Assembly (NCBI GenBank): GCA_048885925.1
Contig: JBHLLG010000001.1
Location: 131,105 to 195,104 of the forward strand
Length of the DNA: 64,000 nt
Origin: Candidatus Hermodarchaeota archaeon
GTDB taxonomy: Archaea; Asgardarchaeota; Lokiarchaeia; Sigyniarchaeales; SOKP01
Reading direction: 5' to 3'
The notes below the pieces were generated by a model, which saw only the letters and a program-made list of their open reading frames with translations, did not search any database and was not told the origin of the DNA. Below are positions 50,286 through 60,841 of the stretch, in pieces (position 1 is the first letter of the stretch; every line of letters starts with the position of its first letter). The translations under genes were made by a program, and so were the position numbers.

Positions 50286-52631
50286 GTGATCATATTAGAT
50301 CTAAAAAATAATCTTAATAATATTGATTTTTTCAAGAGGTATTCTCGTGGAGCACGATTAAGTAGAGGAAAAAATATACCAGATAAAAATATAATAAATT
50401 TCAATGCTGAAAAAGTTCCACAGATAAAAGTTATAGCAGATGTTCAAGGTTCAGGGAATTCTAGATATGTAATTCATATTATTCAAGAAAATAATGGGTT
50501 TAAAATAATACACGATTGCCCAGATTTTAGAAAAGGATTTAAATTCTGTAAGCATATTGTAAAAATCTTTCTATTACTTGACACTGATATCTGTAAATCA
50601 ATTTGTCAAAATTATAATAGAATTATTTTTTCATCAAATTTTGATTTAGTTAAAAAAAGCAAAACAGAAAGTTACATTATTAAAGCTGAAGATTTAATCC
50701 AACAAACTAGATATTATGAAGCAATAAGTTTCTTAAATCAAGCATTTGAAGAATCTAAGAGTCTTGATTATTTAAATAAAATCGGAGAAATAACTTTAAA
50801 GTATGAATTATTTGATTTATTCCTGGAATATTCTGTTAGATATAAAGAAATAGTAAATAAATATTTAAACGATTATCCAAAAATCATATGCTCTACAATC
50901 TCTAGACTGAAGGAGTATGGTTTTTCTAAGAAGGTTGAGATTTTAATTAATAATAAGAAACTTTTAATTAATTTTCCAAAGGATCAATTAATAAAAACGT
51001 TAAGACAGTCCGATATTTATAAGATAGATATGCCTATTCTTAGATATTTATTATTACATAATTTGGATTCTAAAATATATGTTGATGATTATTTTAAAGA
51101 TATTTTAAAAAAGAATAAATTAGATTTGAAAGAATTTATGGAAAAAATTACATTAGATTTAGTTAATGAAGCAATATTGAACATGGAATCAGAAGAAGTA
51201 ATTGATTCTTATTCAAAAATAATGATTGATTGTGCATTTAATAATTACAATAAAATTAAATCTAAAATTGATGATTATAAACGTCAATTAAGAGAAATTT
51301 ATAAGGAGAGCCTTAAATCAAAACATGCTTTTCTAAGATCACTCGTTATAGCAAATACTAACTCAGATAAATTAAGACAAATGAAGTTTACCAAGAAATA
51401 TAATTACCCTTCTTTAATTTGGGGTTCTACTTATAAAAATGAGTCAGATTTATATTATTATATTCTAGAAAAGTGTGGATTTGAAAGCCATCATTTAGAG
51501 TATACCGAAGTAAAAAACTTTATTGAGAATTTCCCTGTTTTTGCTGAGATTTTTAGTGGAAATAATCCAATTACTTTTGAAATCAAAAACTTTTGGGGGA
51601 GTTCTGATCCAAAAATTATGAATATTGTCCAATCTGATCCGATCGTCGAATTAGATTATGAAGTAAACTTCCAAGAATTAGAAAAATTCATATTAATTGA
51701 ATGGGACTTAGCACAAAAACCTATTTTAGGTAGTTATATCTGTCAATTTTCTGATGGATTTTTAATACCAGACAAATCACATCCTCTAACTCATTATATT
51801 AGACCATTTGATTTAATATTATGTGAGAGAAAACCGATAGCAATAAAAAGTGATAATATCAAAATAATGAAACCTTTAAGGAGAATCAGTATAAAATCGG
51901 CTATTGAATTAATATGGGAGGGAATTGAATATATTGCTTCTTATATACCGCTAAATATAATAGAGAGTTTAAGAAATTATCGAATTGACGAACTTGATGC
52001 GATTGAAAAAATATATGAGAAGTTTAACAATGCTTTTTTACCTGATAAAGAAATATCTAAAAATGAGTTTCAAGATTTTATTCAAAATAATATTGTTAAA
52101 GAACTCAATAAAGCGTATTTAAAAATAATAAATGAACCAAATTCCAATAATAAAGTTCTGAAAATGATTGGATATGAACAATATTCAAGGATTTTTATAA
52201 GACCAACAATTATACAAGATTTTCAAAAGGGCGATTTAAAAAAAACTTCACTTCAAGAGTTAAAACTTGATCTTAAGAAATATATTTCAAAAAAGCTAGC
52301 AGATTTAATTAAAAATCAGGAATATGATTCTATAGACCTGAAAGTTTTAAAAAAATTCCCGAAGTTTAAAGTGTGGACAGTTAAGCTAATCTATGAACTA
52401 AAACAGCAACTTGAAAAATGTAAAATTTATCAAATAGGTGAAAAATCTTATGATATTCAAAATCTTCTAAGAAATTATTATGGTAAGACAATTATATTAA
52501 AAGCTTTAAATGAAAATTTCGCTAATAAAATGCCTAAAATACTTATTTCTGAAAGTGAATTATCTAAAATAATTGAAAATTTTAAATACTTAAAGCTTAA
52601 ACTCCCACAAATTATTGAAAAGAAGATGTAA
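50286..52631 (+). CDS. SWIM zinc-finger domain protein
   Basis: ADVQGSGNSRYVIHI..HDCPDF..FCKHIV (HxC variant of the SWIM CxC..CxH). Confidence 0.78.
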   Translation: MIILDLKNNLNNIDFFKRYSRGARLSRGKNIPDKNIINFNAEKVPQIKVIADVQGSGNSRYVIHIIQENNGFKIIHDCPDFRKGFKFCKHIVKIFLLLDTDICKSICQNYNRIIFSSNFDLVKKSKTESYIIKAEDLIQQTRYYEAISFLNQAFEESKSLDYLNKIGEITLKYELFDLFLEYSVRYKEIVNKYLNDYPKIICSTISRLKEYGFSKKVEILINNKKLLINFPKDQLIKTLRQSDIYKIDMPILRYLLLHNLDSKIYVDDYFKDILKKNKLDLKEFMEKITLDLVNEAILNMESEEVIDSYSKIMIDCAFNNYNKIKSKIDDYKRQLREIYKESLKSKHAFLRSLVIANTNSDKLRQMKFTKKYNYPSLIWGSTYKNESDLYYYILEKCGFESHHLEYTEVKNFIENFPVFAEIFSGNNPITFEIKNFWGSSDPKIMNIVQSDPIVELDYEVNFQELEKFILIEWDLAQKPILGSYICQFSDGFLIPDKSHPLTHYIRPFDLILCERKPIAIKSDNIKIMKPLRRISIKSAIELIWEGIEYIASYIPLNIIESLRNYRIDELDAIEKIYEKFNNAFLPDKEISKNEFQDFIQNNIVKELNKAYLKIINEPNSNNKVLKMIGYEQYSRIFIRPTIIQDFQKGDLKKTSLQELKLDLKKYISKKLADLIKNQEYDSIDLKVLKKFPKFKVWTVKLIYELKQQLEKCKIYQIGEKSYDIQNLLRNYYGKTIILKALNENFANKMPKILISESELSKIIENFKYLKLKLPQIIEKKM

Positions 52632-52685
52632 TTAAAAATTTTTGACTAAAACGTTAAAATTATATTTTTAAGGGATTTATTAACT

Positions 52686-53528
52686 ATGATGAATGAACAT
52701 TTATTTGTTAAAATTAATGGGTTAAAAATCTGTTATAAAATGCAGGGTGAGGGTAAACCTGTATTTCTAATTCATGGACTTGGTGTCAAAAAAGAATTTT
52801 GGATTGCTCAAATTGGAGCCTTATCAAGCAAATTCAAGGTTATCTATTTCGATCTTAAAGGAGCTGGGAAAAGCGATCGCCCTAGTGAACCTTACACTAT
52901 GGAGACATATATAGACGAGATTCGAGGATTATTAAATTTTTTAGATATTACAAAAGCACATTTTATAGGGCACTCTTTTGGAGGTATGGTATTAATCAAT
53001 TTCTGTTTACAATATCCTGATTATGTTGATAAGTTAGTTTTGATGGCAACTTTACCAAATTGGCCAAAAGATCCTGGTGGGCTTGAAAGTTGGAAGAAAA
53101 ATCAAATTGAATTATATGAAGCAGCTTTAAAAAACCCAGTAGAGACATTTTATACTAAAATGAAATTAAGATTAACTCGTGGATTCTTAAAGTTAATGCA
53201 AGAAGATCCAAAGAAGAAGTTCCACGATATCTTTTCTGCTGAAGATTTAATACAAATGGGAAAAATAGATCCTATGAAACCTAGAGATATTATAAATATG
53301 TCCAACGTTATGGGAACACACGATACATTGGATCGTTTACATGAAATTAAAAAGGAAACTTTAATAATGGCTGGCGAAAAAGATAAATTGACTCCTAAAG
53401 CCATTTCTTTTCAAATAAAAGAAAGGATTCCTAATAGTATAATAAAATTATTTGAGGGTAGTCATTATTTTCCTTTAGAAAATGCTCCTGAAGTTAACCA
53501 AACTATTATAGAATTTTTAGAAAAATAA
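52686..53528 (+). CDS. Alpha/beta-fold hydrolase, paralog 1
   Basis: LIHGLG, GAGKSD, GHSFGG nucleophile, GEKD, GSHY. Confidence 0.9.
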   Translation: MMNEHLFVKINGLKICYKMQGEGKPVFLIHGLGVKKEFWIAQIGALSSKFKVIYFDLKGAGKSDRPSEPYTMETYIDEIRGLLNFLDITKAHFIGHSFGGMVLINFCLQYPDYVDKLVLMATLPNWPKDPGGLESWKKNQIELYEAALKNPVETFYTKMKLRLTRGFLKLMQEDPKKKFHDIFSAEDLIQMGKIDPMKPRDIINMSNVMGTHDTLDRLHEIKKETLIMAGEKDKLTPKAISFQIKERIPNSIIKLFEGSHYFPLENAPEVNQTIIEFLEK

Positions 53529-53589
53529 GATAAAGTTTGTTTCGTAAATTGTATTTTAGTTTTACATATTTAAAACTTATAGTTATTAT

Positions 53590-54351
53590 TCAATTTCCTA
53601 CTAAATGCAACCTCAGCCATTCAATTGTATGTTTAATAAACTTTTTCAGATGATCTTTTTTAAAGTCATGAGGTGCATTATCTACTTCTATAAGCTTCTT
53701 TTCATTACTTGGTATAAGATTAAATGCTTTTCTTGTTAATTCATAAGGAACTTGATTATCAGAAGTTCCTTGTACAATTAATATAGGAATATCTAACTTT
53801 TTTAAATGATTTTTTACTCGAAACTTCGCAAAATCAGTCATAAAACTTAAATCGATAATAACGGGTCGTTCTTCTATGGTTGATGGTATTTCTACAGGAC
53901 CTTTGTTTATGTCCTTAAACCAAGTTGATTGATCATCAGTGGTATGAAGAAACGTCACTGGTGCCCAAAAAATATAGGTAATGATTCCTGGTAAATTAGC
54001 TCCTAATGCGGTAAGTCCTCCGAATGATAATCCTAAAATAGCAATATTAGTATAACCTTGATTTTGCACCCATTTATATGCTGATTCTAAATCCGCAATC
54101 TGCTTAAATAATGTAATAGGTACTCTTTCATTTTCTCCGGAACCCGTAAAGTCAAAAATTAGAGCATCATATCCCTCTTTTTTACAAGCTTTAGCCAATT
54201 CAGGAAAACGTCCCCATTCATATTTATCACCTTTAAAACCGTGACACATCATTAGAATCGATTTTTTTCTCGATTTTTTATTGTATAAATAGTGGATCGC
54301 ATGAAGATCACTTCCAGTAGTGCTTGAGATTAATAATTTGTTTTCTATCAT
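53590..54351 (-). CDS. Alpha/beta-fold hydrolase of a distinct (S9/S33-like) subfamily
   Basis: CHGF, FDFTGSGE, GLSFGG, QGTSDNQV, APHDF. Confidence 0.88.
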   Translation of the reverse strand: MIENKLLISSTTGSDLHAIHYLYNKKSRKKSILMMCHGFKGDKYEWGRFPELAKACKKEGYDALIFDFTGSGENERVPITLFKQIADLESAYKWVQNQGYTNIAILGLSFGGLTALGANLPGIITYIFWAPVTFLHTTDDQSTWFKDINKGPVEIPSTIEERPVIIDLSFMTDFAKFRVKNHLKKLDIPILIVQGTSDNQVPYELTRKAFNLIPSNEKKLIEVDNAPHDFKKDHLKKFIKHTIEWLRLHLVGN

Positions 54352-54456
54352 AGATTATTCCTTAATACCAATAATTAAAGTAAATAATAAAAGATATAAT
54401 AATTCTTATAATTATTTTATAACAATACTTATTTTCATTCCAAGTTTTTAATTGTT

Positions 54457-55293
54457 ATGACTAATTTATTTGCTGATGTGAATGGTATAAGAGTTTGCTA
54501 CGATATTCATGGAGAAGGATATCCAATTGTCTTAATTCATGGTTTTGGTTTACATAAAGAATTTTGGGTTGCTCAAATACCAGCATTAGCCAATTATTTT
54601 AGAGTGATATCTTTAGATAATAGGGGATCCGGAAACTCAGATCATCCAAGAGAGCCCTATAAATTAGAAACTCTTGCTGATGATGTTAAATGTCTTCTGG
54701 ATGTATTAGGTATTCAAAAAGCCCATGTAATCGGATGGGCAACTGGTGCAATGATAGCCCAGTATTTAGTTCTTCAGTATCCAATGCGAGTAAATAAACT
54801 TGTACTTATAGCAGCTCTCACAAAGATTCCTGTAGATAAATCTGGGCTTGAAATGTTCAAGAAAAGCCAATTAGCTTTCCATAAAGAGAAAGAAGAAAAT
54901 CCTGAAAAAGTATTTTTCGATAAAATGAAACAACGGTTTTCTCGAAGTTTTTTTAGACAATTGTATGAGAAACCAGAAGAAAAATTCCATGGAATCTTTA
55001 ATTCTAGTGATTTAATGGAATTAGTTTTTAAGGATTCTTCACAACCACATGATATTGAAAATAGAATCAATGCTATAGCAGGATTAAATACAATTGATAG
55101 AATCCATGAAATATCAAATGAAGTTTTAGTACTTGCGGCAGAAAAAGATAGAATATCTCCAAAAAGTGTAAGTATAGAATTAAATAATAAATTAAGAAGA
55201 AGTAAATTAATCATATTTGAGGGAGGGCATTATTTTCCATTAGAAAATGCTCCCGAAGTGAATAATTCTCTAATAGATTTTTTAAAGGATTAA
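54457..55293 (+). CDS. Alpha/beta-fold hydrolase paralog 2, nucleophile Ser replaced by Ala
   Basis: LIHGFG, DNRGSG, GWATG instead of GxSxG, AEKD, GGHY. Confidence 0.85.
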   Translation: MTNLFADVNGIRVCYDIHGEGYPIVLIHGFGLHKEFWVAQIPALANYFRVISLDNRGSGNSDHPREPYKLETLADDVKCLLDVLGIQKAHVIGWATGAMIAQYLVLQYPMRVNKLVLIAALTKIPVDKSGLEMFKKSQLAFHKEKEENPEKVFFDKMKQRFSRSFFRQLYEKPEEKFHGIFNSSDLMELVFKDSSQPHDIENRINAIAGLNTIDRIHEISNEVLVLAAEKDRISPKSVSIELNNKLRRSKLIIFEGGHYFPLENAPEVNNSLIDFLKD

Positions 55294-55323
55294 ACTTATC
55301 TTTATTCCTAGTTTTTACTAATT

Positions 55324-56166
55324 ATGACTGAATTATTTGCTGATGTGAATGGTATAAAAATTTGCTATGAAATTCATGGAGAAGGAAAACCGGTTATTCT
55401 TATTCATGGATTTGGAAGTACTAAAGATGAATGGAAATTAGCTCAAGTCGGTCCATTATCAGAAAGATTTAAAGTAATAATAATGGATAATAGAGGTGCA
55501 GGGAAGTCGGATCACCCTGATGAACCATACTTAATGGAAATGTTTGCAAATGATATAAATTCCTTGATGGAACATCTTAAAGTTGATAAAGCACATATTA
55601 TTGGATTATCTCTTGGTGGAATGATTGCACAAACTTTTGTGATTAATTATAATGAAAAAGTTGATAAATTAATTCTAATAAATACAACTCCTAATTTCCC
55701 AAGTGATCCTAGTGGAATTGAAATGTATAAACAAAGTAAAATTGCTAAATATGAAGCAATTTTGAAAGATAGAGAACAAGCATACTGGGATTATGGAGTT
55801 GGGGGTTTTTCAAGGAAATTTAGAAAGGAATTAAAAGTAGACCCTAAAAAGAAAATACATGGTTTATTCTCAACAGAGGATTTGATTATGGACTTTTTAA
55901 ATGCACCTTCTACTCCTCAAGATAGCAAAAATCAAACAAATGCACTTTTAAATTTTAATGTTGTTGAGAAGTTACCAACAATTAAAAATAAAACATTAAT
56001 TATAACTGCTTCACATGATAAAACCTTGCCAAAATCTAAAAGTGAATTGATTCATGAAAAAATACCAAATAGTAAATTGGTAATCCTTGAAGGTGTAGGG
56101 CATGGATCTTGTTTAGAAAAAGCTCCAGAGGTTAATAAGCTAATTTTAGATTTCTTAGAAAATTAA
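55324..56166 (+). CDS. Alpha/beta-fold hydrolase, paralog 3
   Basis: LIHGFG, DNRGAG, GLSLGG, SHD, VGH. Confidence 0.9.
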   Translation: MTELFADVNGIKICYEIHGEGKPVILIHGFGSTKDEWKLAQVGPLSERFKVIIMDNRGAGKSDHPDEPYLMEMFANDINSLMEHLKVDKAHIIGLSLGGMIAQTFVINYNEKVDKLILINTTPNFPSDPSGIEMYKQSKIAKYEAILKDREQAYWDYGVGGFSRKFRKELKVDPKKKIHGLFSTEDLIMDFLNAPSTPQDSKNQTNALLNFNVVEKLPTIKNKTLIITASHDKTLPKSKSELIHEKIPNSKLVILEGVGHGSCLEKAPEVNKLILDFLEN

Positions 56167-56178
56167 AATATATAAATT

Positions 56179-57015
56179 ATGACTGAATTTTATGCAAATA
56201 TAAATGGGATTAAAGTTTGTTATGAAATCCATGGTAAAGGATATCCTATAACTTTAATTCATGGCTTTGGTTCAAGAAAAGAAGGCTATAAATGCCAAGT
56301 TCCTGTTTTATCTAAAGAATTTAAAGTAATAACATTTGATAATCGTGGTGCTGGAAAATCTCAAAGGATTAAAGATCACTATACTATGCAAACGCTTGCG
56401 GATGATATTCGAAACTTGTTAGATTTTCTTGAAATAAAAAAATCTCATATTTTAGGTACTTCTATGGGAGGAATTATTGCTCAGCAATTTGTTCTAAAAT
56501 ATCCTGAATATGTTAATAAATTAGTATTAGTAAATACTGTCAGTGGTGCCCCAGATAATGTAGGGTTAGAGTTATTGAAAAAAAATAGATTAGAACAATT
56601 AGAACTAATTAAAAAAAATCCTGAGAAGGCATTTTGGGATAACGCTCATATCTGGTTTTATCGTAAATATCGAAAAGAACTAAAAGAAAATCCTAAAAAA
56701 AAATTTTTTGGAATATGGTCAGCTGAAGATGAGATTCGAGAAAGCACGATTCTTATGCCAAATGTACGTGATATTGAACTCCAAATAGAGGCACTTAAGG
56801 GATTTAATACAATGGAGAAATTATGTCAAATAAAAAGTCCTACTCTACTATTGGCAGCTTCGCATGATAAAGTATGTTCAATGAATACTATTGAAGAAAT
56901 GCATAAAAGAATTCCCAATAGCATTTTTAGAGTTATTGAAAAAGCAGGTCATGAATCGCCCAAAACAAGAGCTTCTGAAGTTAATAAGATTATTATTGAC
57001 TTTTTGAAATGTTAA
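56179..57015 (+). CDS. Alpha/beta-fold hydrolase, paralog 4
   Basis: LIHGFG, DNRGAG, GTSMGG, SHD, AGH. Confidence 0.9.
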   Translation: MTEFYANINGIKVCYEIHGKGYPITLIHGFGSRKEGYKCQVPVLSKEFKVITFDNRGAGKSQRIKDHYTMQTLADDIRNLLDFLEIKKSHILGTSMGGIIAQQFVLKYPEYVNKLVLVNTVSGAPDNVGLELLKKNRLEQLELIKKNPEKAFWDNAHIWFYRKYRKELKENPKKKFFGIWSAEDEIRESTILMPNVRDIELQIEALKGFNTMEKLCQIKSPTLLLAASHDKVCSMNTIEEMHKRIPNSIFRVIEKAGHESPKTRASEVNKIIIDFLKC

Positions 57016-57125
57016 AATTCAATTTATTTAGATGGAAAAAAAGTAATTTTTTCTAGATAGAAATTTTAAAAGGCATTCTAAATTTTCCGATCTAACTTAC
57101 AATAACCCTTATTATTTATACAGAA

Positions 57126-58403
57126 ATGGAGCAACAATTGCCAAATCGTCAAAATAAAAAATATTCAATTAAGTCTAAATATCCCGAATTAAGCGCTTTA
57201 TGGATAGGACTCTTTGTTGATATTTTAGGATTTTATATAATAATTCCATATTTACCTTCATTAATTGTAACATATAACACTACACCATTAGTTATTGGAT
57301 TACTTCTAGCAACAAATGCTATTTTTACCCTTTTTTCTGCACCAATGTGGGGGAAACTAAGTGATAAATTTGGTAGAAAACCTATGCTTTTAATTGCTGA
57401 AGCAGGAACTTGTTCAGCTTTTTTAATTTTAGCATTTTCAAATTCTCTTACTCTACTTTTCATTGCTAGAATTGTTGATGGTATTTTTGGAGGAAATTAT
57501 CCTATAACTAAAGCAATTATTACAGATAGAGTACCTCCTAGAGAGCGAGGACTTCAAATGACCAATATTGGGGTAGCTCATACTTTGGCAGGTCTTGTAG
57601 CTCCGGGATTGGCAGGTTTTTTATCATTATATTTTATATTTGGCCCAAACTATCCTATAGCACTTCCTGGTTTGATTTCGGCAGGATTTTCCTTTTTAAC
57701 TATTATAATAACAGCCTTCTTTATAAAGGAATCATGGCCAAAATCGATTAGAGAAACTGCTAAAAAAGAAATTAAAATAAAAATAAAGTTAAGAAAAAAT
57801 AAAGAAGCATTATATCTATTAACACAGTTTGCTTTTCATACATTTTCATTCACAATGTATGTTACAACCTTAGCAATTTTTATTGGCTTAATCTTAGGAC
57901 TTGATACATTTGGAGTGAGTATTTTATTGACAATTTCAGGCGTATCACGCGCAATTGTACGTTTTACATTGTTTAAACCGAGTATGCGAAAATTTGGTGA
58001 ACGGAATATGACAATACTTGGATTGTTGATTTTAACGGTTACTTTTTTCCTATTTGGAGTTTTTGGAAGTTTCTATCCAACAACTTGGATCTTCATAACC
58101 TTAATGGTAATTATAAGTTATGGGGTTTCAAGCGCAAGAGGTTTGTTAATGAGTAAAGTAACTGAAACTGTTACACCAAAAGAAATTGGAAAAATAAATG
58201 GTTATACTTCAACATTAGATAGTATTGCCCAAATTATAGGCCCATTATTAGGAACATTGTTAATTCAAGAGTTTAATGCTTACTTTTTTGGACTTGTAAT
58301 GGGTTTAATTGCATTTGTTGCATTTATTATGGCTTTTAAAAAGATTGTGCCATTGATGCAAAAAGAACAATTTAAGAAACTTGAAGAAATTATAAAATCG
58401 TAA
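57126..58403 (+). CDS. MFS transporter (TetA/DHA1-like)
   Basis: Motif A GKLSDKFGRKP, ARIVDGIFGG, about 12 TM segments. Confidence 0.92.
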   Translation: MEQQLPNRQNKKYSIKSKYPELSALWIGLFVDILGFYIIIPYLPSLIVTYNTTPLVIGLLLATNAIFTLFSAPMWGKLSDKFGRKPMLLIAEAGTCSAFLILAFSNSLTLLFIARIVDGIFGGNYPITKAIITDRVPPRERGLQMTNIGVAHTLAGLVAPGLAGFLSLYFIFGPNYPIALPGLISAGFSFLTIIITAFFIKESWPKSIRETAKKEIKIKIKLRKNKEALYLLTQFAFHTFSFTMYVTTLAIFIGLILGLDTFGVSILLTISGVSRAIVRFTLFKPSMRKFGERNMTILGLLILTVTFFLFGVFGSFYPTTWIFITLMVIISYGVSSARGLLMSKVTETVTPKEIGKINGYTSTLDSIAQIIGPLLGTLLIQEFNAYFFGLVMGLIAFVAFIMAFKKIVPLMQKEQFKKLEEIIKS

Positions 58404-58460
58404 AAAAAGACATAATATTTGTCAAATAGTTTTTTATAATCTGTTAATATTAGTTAAATT

Positions 58461-59261
58461 ATGGAAATTGATAAACCATCAAAAACAGATGAGTTAAGTT
58501 TTGAAGAAAAACAAGAAAAAACAGTAGAGCTTCCTGCTCTAGATTTTTTTAAAATTAATTTTATAAGTTTTTTAGTACCTCTTTATGTTTGCTTGGGACT
58601 TTTCCTATTATTGGAATATGGCCTTATTAATTTATTTTCTATACCTCCCATTATTCACATATTTCTATTACCAATTGTTTTCTTGATTCTTTACTACATA
58701 TATCTTATTATTTTAATTGAATTCACCGCTTTCTGGGCTCGAAGCTGGAATAAAAAATCTCCTCCAAAAGAGGGAGTTTTTAGGAGGGTGCTTGATGATG
58801 TAAAAAGCGAGGAAGGTCGAATGATGAAATATTATCACAAAAGAGGGTTTATAATTAAATATCCTATATGGTTAACTTCAAAATCACCATTTCCATGGCT
58901 TATTAATCGAACTTTAAGAAGAGTAAGTCATAATAAGATTGGTAAGAATGTTATTTATAATGATGCATATGTAGGATTAGAGTTCACAGATATTGGGGAT
59001 AATGTATTTATTTATCCAACTAGTGCACTTTCTAGTCATGCTGTAAACTCTATTTTTGGTAAAATTACGATGCTTGAGATTAAAATTGGTAAAAATAACA
59101 CCTTATACCCCGGAATAATTATGGGTTGCGGGGCACTCACTACGGATAATAACGTTATATATCCAAATACAGTACTACATAAAAGCTGGCGAGGAAAATC
59201 GGGAAAATTTTATTATCAAGGTAGTCCCGGTCGGCCAATAGATACTAATAATAAAAATTAA
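58461..59261 (+). CDS. Membrane-anchored left-handed beta-helix (hexapeptide repeat) acyltransferase-like protein
   Basis: Two TM segments; KIGKNV, IGDNV, KIGKNN hexapeptide repeats; YQGSPGRPI terminus. Confidence 0.72.
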   Translation: MEIDKPSKTDELSFEEKQEKTVELPALDFFKINFISFLVPLYVCLGLFLLLEYGLINLFSIPPIIHIFLLPIVFLILYYIYLIILIEFTAFWARSWNKKSPPKEGVFRRVLDDVKSEEGRMMKYYHKRGFIIKYPIWLTSKSPFPWLINRTLRRVSHNKIGKNVIYNDAYVGLEFTDIGDNVFIYPTSALSSHAVNSIFGKITMLEIKIGKNNTLYPGIIMGCGALTTDNNVIYPNTVLHKSWRGKSGKFYYQGSPGRPIDTNNKN

Positions 59262-59290
59262 GTGGAAAAAAAGAGTATTTTTGATTTTAC

Positions 59291-60775
59291 TTATCTTTTA
59301 GGGAATTTACCATGTTTTTGTAAGAATTCTCTGTATGAATTTACTTTATCTAAAACTACTCCTGCCAACTCTAAACTTTCAAAAACGGGAACATTACGAT
59401 TCAGAAGTTTCAATTTGAATTTATACCTACTTTTATATTCCTCAAAACCTTCATTAATTTTTAGCATGACACAATACATTGGTTTAGTACAAATTCTCTT
59501 CGCTTTGGATATATATCTTATAAACTCCCTATTAAGATCTAAATCTTTAAAACCCATTTCTTCTAGTATATCTTGAAAACTACCAAATCTTTCAGGATCT
59601 TTAATAAATACTATTGAGGATATATTTGGATCTTTGTCCAATGCCAAAATTGTTCTATAATAAATATTAGGTTGGATACCTGAACCTCCGAGATCTAAAG
59701 GATTTGTAAAATTGGTATTTACGTTAGGTAGAAATCTTTTCATCTTATTTATTGTTTTTTCTGTTAGACTTGGGATTTTTAAGTTGTATTTTTCAAGAAT
59801 ATCAATAGCTTCTATTGTGGATCCCCCTCCAATTCCAATAACTCCAACGGATCTTGTGTCTGGTAAATAAGTTAAATTAAAAGTTGAGGCTAATGCTGCG
59901 AGTTCATTTGAATTATTTACTATACAACTACCTGTTTGTTTAGCCACTGCAGTCCAAATAGCGTTATTGCCTGCAAGACCTCCTGTATGTGATAAAATTG
60001 CTTTTTTTGTTGCTTCTCCAAAACCTGCTCTCCATAAAATAACTGGTTTCCTATTCAAATTACACTGTTTTACCATTTTCATAAATTTTCTGCCTTCTTT
60101 CGTAGATCTTAAGTTTTCAATATATAATCCAATAATTCTTGTATAATCATCATTGAGAAAATATTCTAAGAATTCTGCTGGTGATAAATCTAAGGCGTTT
60201 CCAATAGATATAAACTTTGAAACATGAAGTCCATAAGAAACAACTAATTGTGATAAATTTTGGGCAATTCCACCTGATTGAAACACTCCTCCAAAATTCC
60301 CTGCTTTTCTGGATTGTTCTAATGCAAAATAGAGTCCCGCTTTGGGATTATAAATTCCTATACAATTAGGACCTATAATTCTTACGTTATATTTTTTTGC
60401 TACATTTAATAACTCTTTTTCCAGGGATTCATTCCCTACTTCGCGGAATCCAGATGCAAAAACTGTCGCAAAAGGTACTCCTTTTTGACCAACTTCTTCC
60501 ATTAATTGAGGACATAACCGAGCAGGAACAGCTAGTATTGCATAATCTATAGGTTCATTAATTTCAAGAATAGAACTATAAATTTTATATCCATATAATT
60601 CTTGTCCGCTTAAACGTGGATTAAACAAATAGATTGGACCCTTAAATCGATTTCTCATGCATCTGAGGAAAAAACCTCCGCTACCAGGATCACGACTCAC
60701 TCCAATTATTCCAATTGATTTAGGAAAAAATAATTTGTCAAAATTTATATTTTGAGGAGATTCTATAGTAGACAT
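59291..60775 (-). CDS. ADP-forming acyl-CoA synthetase alpha-subunit-like CoA-binding protein
   Basis: LFFPKSIGIIG, SGFREVG, IIGPNCIG, QSGG, SIGNALD, SHTG phospho-His, NPLDL. Confidence 0.88.
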   Translation of the reverse strand: MSTIESPQNINFDKLFFPKSIGIIGVSRDPGSGGFFLRCMRNRFKGPIYLFNPRLSGQELYGYKIYSSILEINEPIDYAILAVPARLCPQLMEEVGQKGVPFATVFASGFREVGNESLEKELLNVAKKYNVRIIGPNCIGIYNPKAGLYFALEQSRKAGNFGGVFQSGGIAQNLSQLVVSYGLHVSKFISIGNALDLSPAEFLEYFLNDDYTRIIGLYIENLRSTKEGRKFMKMVKQCNLNRKPVILWRAGFGEATKKAILSHTGGLAGNNAIWTAVAKQTGSCIVNNSNELAALASTFNLTYLPDTRSVGVIGIGGGSTIEAIDILEKYNLKIPSLTEKTINKMKRFLPNVNTNFTNPLDLGGSGIQPNIYYRTILALDKDPNISSIVFIKDPERFGSFQDILEEMGFKDLDLNREFIRYISKAKRICTKPMYCVMLKINEGFEEYKSRYKFKLKLLNRNVPVFESLELAGVVLDKVNSYREFLQKHGKFPKR

Positions 60776-60841
60776 ATGAAAATATATATAAAATAGATAA
60801 TTTAATTATATAGAATAATAGCTTTTGACTAAAATACTTTA

